From Deltaproteobacteria bacterium (lineage in GTDB: Bacteria; Myxococcota_A; UBA9160; SMWR01), in the NCBI GenBank assembly GCA_032128375.1, contig JAQBGU010000148.1:1-18857 (forward strand): DNA of 18,857 nt, read 5' to 3'. The notes below the pieces were generated by a model, which saw only the letters and a program-made list of their open reading frames with translations, was not told where the DNA came from and did no database searches. Below, in pieces: positions 15,889-18,857 of the stretch (the stretch's first letter is position 1; each line of letters starts with the position of its first letter). Position numbers and translations under genes: made by a program.

Positions 15889-16896
15889 ATGGGTTTGCGA
15901 GCCAAGATCACCGGAACTGGAATGTACGTTCCGGAGCGGGTTGTCACCAACGACGAACTCGCAAAGCTGATGGACACCAGTGACGAGTGGATTCAGAAGC
16001 GGACCGGAATTCGTGAGCGCCATTTCATCGAAGCGGGCCAACAGCCGGCTGATCTCGCATACGAGGCATCAATCAACGCCCTGCGTGCAGCCGACATCGA
16101 AGCGGGCCAGCTCGATTGCATCATTCTGGCCACGTTGTCGCCACAAGCCGACTTCCCCGGAACTGCGTTTTTCCTGCAGGAATTGCTCGACGTTGGTGAA
16201 ACCCCGTGTTTCGACCTCCGCGCCCAATGCAGTGGGTTTGTCTACGGGCTTGCCGTCGCCAACGGCTTCATCCAATCGAGGATGTATCAGCGGGTATTGG
16301 TAGTTGGCTGCGAGGTGCACTCGACAGGGATCGATCTGACCGACGCAGGTCGTGACGTCTCGGTGCTGTTCGGCGACGGCGCGGGTGCGGTCGTGCTCGA
16401 AGCAAACGACGACGAGGCGGACCCCGCAGGTCTACTCGAGATTCGACTTCACGCGGAGGGAAAGAACGCGAAGAAGTTGTGGATCGAAGCGCCCGGGTCG
16501 GGATTCACTCCGGTTCGGATCACTCATGAACTCATCGAGCAGCGCCGGCATTTTCCGTACATGGAAGGACGTTTGGTCTTCAAGCACGCGGTCACGCGAA
16601 TGCCAGAAGTGCTGCTCGAGACGTTGGGAGCGGCCAGCTTGAAAGTCGAAGACGTCGACTTGTTTCTATTCCACCAAGCCAACCTGCGGATCAACGAGTA
16701 CGTGATGGGTCAGCTCGAGATTCCCGCCGAAAAATGCTTGAACAACATTCAGAAGTACGGAAACTGCTCAGCTGCTTCGATCCCGATGCTACTCGACGAG
16801 GCCGTGTCGACCGGCAAGCTAGCCCGCGGCCAGCTCGTCTCGATGACGAGCTTCGGATCGGGTTTCTCCTGGACGAGCGCAGTATTTCGCTGGTAG
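15889..16896 (+). CDS. fabH: 3-oxoacyl-ACP synthase III (FabH family)
   Basis: 'DTSDEWIQKRTGIRER', catalytic Cys in 'AQCSGF', 'LFGDGAGA', His in 'HQAN', Asn in 'YGNCSAAS', 'FGSGFSW'. ATG 15889 follows GGAGGGG, 2 nt after the hflX stop. Confidence 0.93.
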   Translation: MGLRAKITGTGMYVPERVVTNDELAKLMDTSDEWIQKRTGIRERHFIEAGQQPADLAYEASINALRAADIEAGQLDCIILATLSPQADFPGTAFFLQELLDVGETPCFDLRAQCSGFVYGLAVANGFIQSRMYQRVLVVGCEVHSTGIDLTDAGRDVSVLFGDGAGAVVLEANDDEADPAGLLEIRLHAEGKNAKKLWIEAPGSGFTPVRITHELIEQRRHFPYMEGRLVFKHAVTRMPEVLLETLGAASLKVEDVDLFLFHQANLRINEYVMGQLEIPAEKCLNNIQKYGNCSAASIPMLLDEAVSTGKLARGQLVSMTSFGSGFSWTSAVFRW

Positions 16897-16908
16897 TCGC
16901 ACTGACCT

Positions 16909-16938
16909 CAATTGCCTCGATTGCAATTGCCTCGATTG
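16909..16938. repeat. Perfect 15-bp tandem duplication
   Basis: CAATTGCCTCGATTG at 16909-16923 and 16924-16938. A shorter GTCGATTT pair follows at 16948 and 16958. Confidence 0.85.
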
Positions 16939-17061
16939 CCTGAATCAGTCGATTTCTGTCGATTTTCTTGCCGCAGTGCGTCGGAAGTACCCCTGGGATT
17001 TGGAAACATGATCTTTCAACAACATGAAATTGTTCTCATTTTGATGATTTTTAGAAACTCC

Positions 17062-17089
17062 TTGACGCAATAACGCAACGTGTTAAATT
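17062..17089 (+). promoter_or_regulatory. Sigma70-type promoter of the phasin-like gene
   Basis: TTGACG (17062-17067), 16-nt spacer, TAAATT (17084-17089) with extended -10 TG at 17081-17082. An AT-rich upstream tract stands out in GC-rich DNA. Confidence 0.6.
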
Positions 17090-17147
17090 GCAGTCCTTCC
17101 CGGGAGCGGCTCCCGAATCAATCTTCAATCAAGCAAGGAAATCCCAG

Positions 17148-17558
17148 ATGGCAGACCAAGCAAATTTTGTGCAAGACGGTGTGGATCGAATCAATGAAGC
17201 GTTTCGCTCGATCGATGGAGAATTTCAACGCGTCCAGAAAGACCTCAGCAACCGACGCGAATCGATCGAGAAGCGGTTCAAAAAAAGCCGCAAGACGATC
17301 GAGCAGCAGAGCCGGAAGGAAGTCAGTCGACTTCGGGCCGAACTCCGCAAGAATCCCGTCGTGAAGCGTGCCGAGTCGCTCCGCAAGGACATCAACAGGC
17401 AGCTGGAGTCCGGCATGGACAACATCCTCGGATTGTTTCAGATCGCGTCCAAGTCCGACATGGAGCGCATTGATCGCAAGCTCAGCGCTCTCGGGCGCCG
17501 GATCAAGGAAATCGAGAACGGCCCCAAGACCAGCCGCAGCTCGAAATCGGCCTCGTAA
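17148..17558 (+). CDS. Phasin-like (PhaI/PhaF-type) granule-associated coiled-coil protein
   Basis: 136 aa, predicted all-helical and charged. C-terminal 'ILGLFQIASKSDMERIDRKLSAL' resembles the 'L.ips..ev..L..kl..L' tail of PHA granule-associated proteins. ATG follows AAGGA; it has its own promoter and terminator. Confidence 0.65.
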   Translation: MADQANFVQDGVDRINEAFRSIDGEFQRVQKDLSNRRESIEKRFKKSRKTIEQQSRKEVSRLRAELRKNPVVKRAESLRKDINRQLESGMDNILGLFQIASKSDMERIDRKLSALGRRIKEIENGPKTSRSSKSAS

Positions 17559-17657
17559 CGACCTGAGCCAATCTTTCGGAAAAATCCTTTGAGGGATGGG
17601 GGGTGAGTTCGCCCTGGAGTAGCTCGTAGAGCGCCTCCGAGTTGGCAATTCGCGCCG

Positions 17658-17694
17658 CGAAGAGCCTCGCCGAGCTGGCGGGGCTCTTCGTTTT
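17658..17694 (+). terminator. Rho-independent terminator
   Basis: CGAAGAGCCTCGCC-gagct-GGCGGGGCTCTTCG (14-bp stem, one G-U pair) followed by TTTT. Confidence 0.8.
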
Positions 17695-17769
17695 CGTCAG
17701 GACCGCTACGATCCGTGACCGCGCCTCTACACCGGCGCCAATCTACTCACGCAACGACCGGAGGCATTC

Positions 17770-18857
17770 TTGGCTGACTTCACTGCTGCCGATTTCCTGC
17801 GAATCGACGAAATCCTTTCAGACGAAGAACTCATGGCGCGAGACAGCGTCCGCGAGTTCGTATCCAAAGAATTTCTGCCGGTGCTCCAGCACCACGTCCG
17901 CCAGGACGGTTCGTTTCCGATGGAACTGGTGCCACAACTCGGAGAACTGGGGCTGTTCGGTGCAAACCTTGCGGGGTACGGCTGCGCCGGAATGAACAAC
18001 GTCGCCTACGGGCTCGTCCTGCAGGAACTCGAGCGAGGGGATTCGGGTCTGCGATCGTTCGCGTCGGTGCAAGGATCTCTGTGTATGTACCCGATCCACG
18101 CTTACGGGACCGAGGCCCAAAAAGAGCGCTGGCTGCCAGCGATGGCACAGGGCGAACTCATCGGGTGCTTCGGCCTCACTGAACCCGATTTCGGCAGCCA
18201 TGTCGGTGGCATGCTGACGCACGCCAAGCGGCACGGCTCGGGCTGGGTGATCAACGGTACCAAACGTTGGATCACCAACGGGTCGGTCGCGGGACTCGCG
18301 ATCATCTGGGCCAAGACCGATGAGGGAGTACGCGGCTTCGTCGTCGAAACCGACCGCGAAGGATTCGAAGCGCGAGACATCAAGGGGAAATTCTCTCTGC
18401 GCGCGTCGATCACATCGGAACTCTTCCTACAAGATGTCGAAGTTCCGGACGAGAACCTGCTGCCGGGCGCCAAGGGATTGGGAGGACCGCTCGGGTGCCT
18501 GAACCAGGCCCGCTACGGCATCGCCTGGGGGGCGATCGGTGCCGCGATGGCGTGCTACGACGAAGCCGTCCGATACGTCAAGGAACGCGTCGTGCAAGGT
18601 GGCCCACTCGCAGGCAAGCAGCTGACGCAGGAAAAACTCGTGTACATGCTGACGGAGATCACCAAGGCCCAGTTTCTGATTTTACGAATCGCGCGCCTGA
18701 AGGACGAAGGAAAATTGCATCACACAATGGTGTCGATGGCAAAGAGGAACAACGTTGACATCGCGTTGCAGATCGCACGGATGGCACGTGACCTGCTCGG
18801 CGCCAACGGAATCGTTGACGACTACCAGTCGATGCGCCACATGGTGAACCTCGAGAC
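17770..18857 (+). CDS. gcdH: Acyl-CoA dehydrogenase, glutaryl-CoA dehydrogenase-like; 3' end outside window
   Basis: Absent from the ORF track because it has no stop in the window. GGAGG plus TTG at 17770 translates as MADFTAADFLRIDEILSDEELMARDSVREFV...YGLVLQELERGDSGLRSFASVQGSLCMYPIHAYG...GCFGLTEPDFGS...NGTKRWITNG...ARYGIAWG...LGANGI...RHMVNLE. The family is clear; substrate specificity is inferred. Confidence 0.85.
   Translation, partial: MADFTAADFLRIDEILSDEELMARDSVREFVSKEFLPVLQHHVRQDGSFPMELVPQLGELGLFGANLAGYGCAGMNNVAYGLVLQELERGDSGLRSFASVQGSLCMYPIHAYGTEAQKERWLPAMAQGELIGCFGLTEPDFGSHVGGMLTHAKRHGSGWVINGTKRWITNGSVAGLAIIWAKTDEGVRGFVVETDREGFEARDIKGKFSLRASITSELFLQDVEVPDENLLPGAKGLGGPLGCLNQARYGIAWGAIGAAMACYDEAVRYVKERVVQGGPLAGKQLTQEKLVYMLTEITKAQFLILRIARLKDEGKLHHTMVSMAKRNNVDIALQIARMARDLLGANGIVDDYQSMRHMVNLE

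Noticed and set aside
16909..16965. CRISPR-like repeat
   Set aside because: Only two adjacent 15-bp copies with no spacer, and no cas genes.
17591..17615. Fluoride-riboswitch-like GGTGAGTTCGCC
   Set aside because: It lacks the GAUG core inside the stem and the downstream CUGAUG element, and it lies in a 3' region rather than upstream of a relevant gene.

Overview
GC-rich bacterial chromosomal window (gene content suggests a Myxococcota/deltaproteobacteria-like organism; this is inference). Left part (1-7150): an accessory cell-envelope glycosylation cluster whose genes alternate strands. It holds a 5'-truncated TMTC-like GT-C/TPR protein, a CxxC-type SAM methyltransferase, an ArnT/PMT-like GT-C protein, a membrane-anchored SGNH hydrolase and an AftB-like GT-C protein. 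It ends in a ~340-bp spacer carrying decayed gene fragments, including a frameshifted acyl-CoA dehydrogenase C-terminus. Middle (7147-13779, minus strand): glmU, glmS, then pcrA/uvrD with its own sigma70-like promoter, translationally coupled to a second SAM methyltransferase. The attTn7 position after glmS is empty. Right (14198-18857, plus strand): long-form hflX with a probable ATT start, an N-terminal HxH domain and an NQxD G4 motif; fabH; a phasin-like gene with promoter and terminator; and a 3'-truncated glutaryl-CoA-dehydrogenase-like gene absent from the ORF track. No rRNA, tRNA, CRISPR array or mobile element was seen. The best candidates for new biology are the triple GT-C cluster and the non-canonical hflX.
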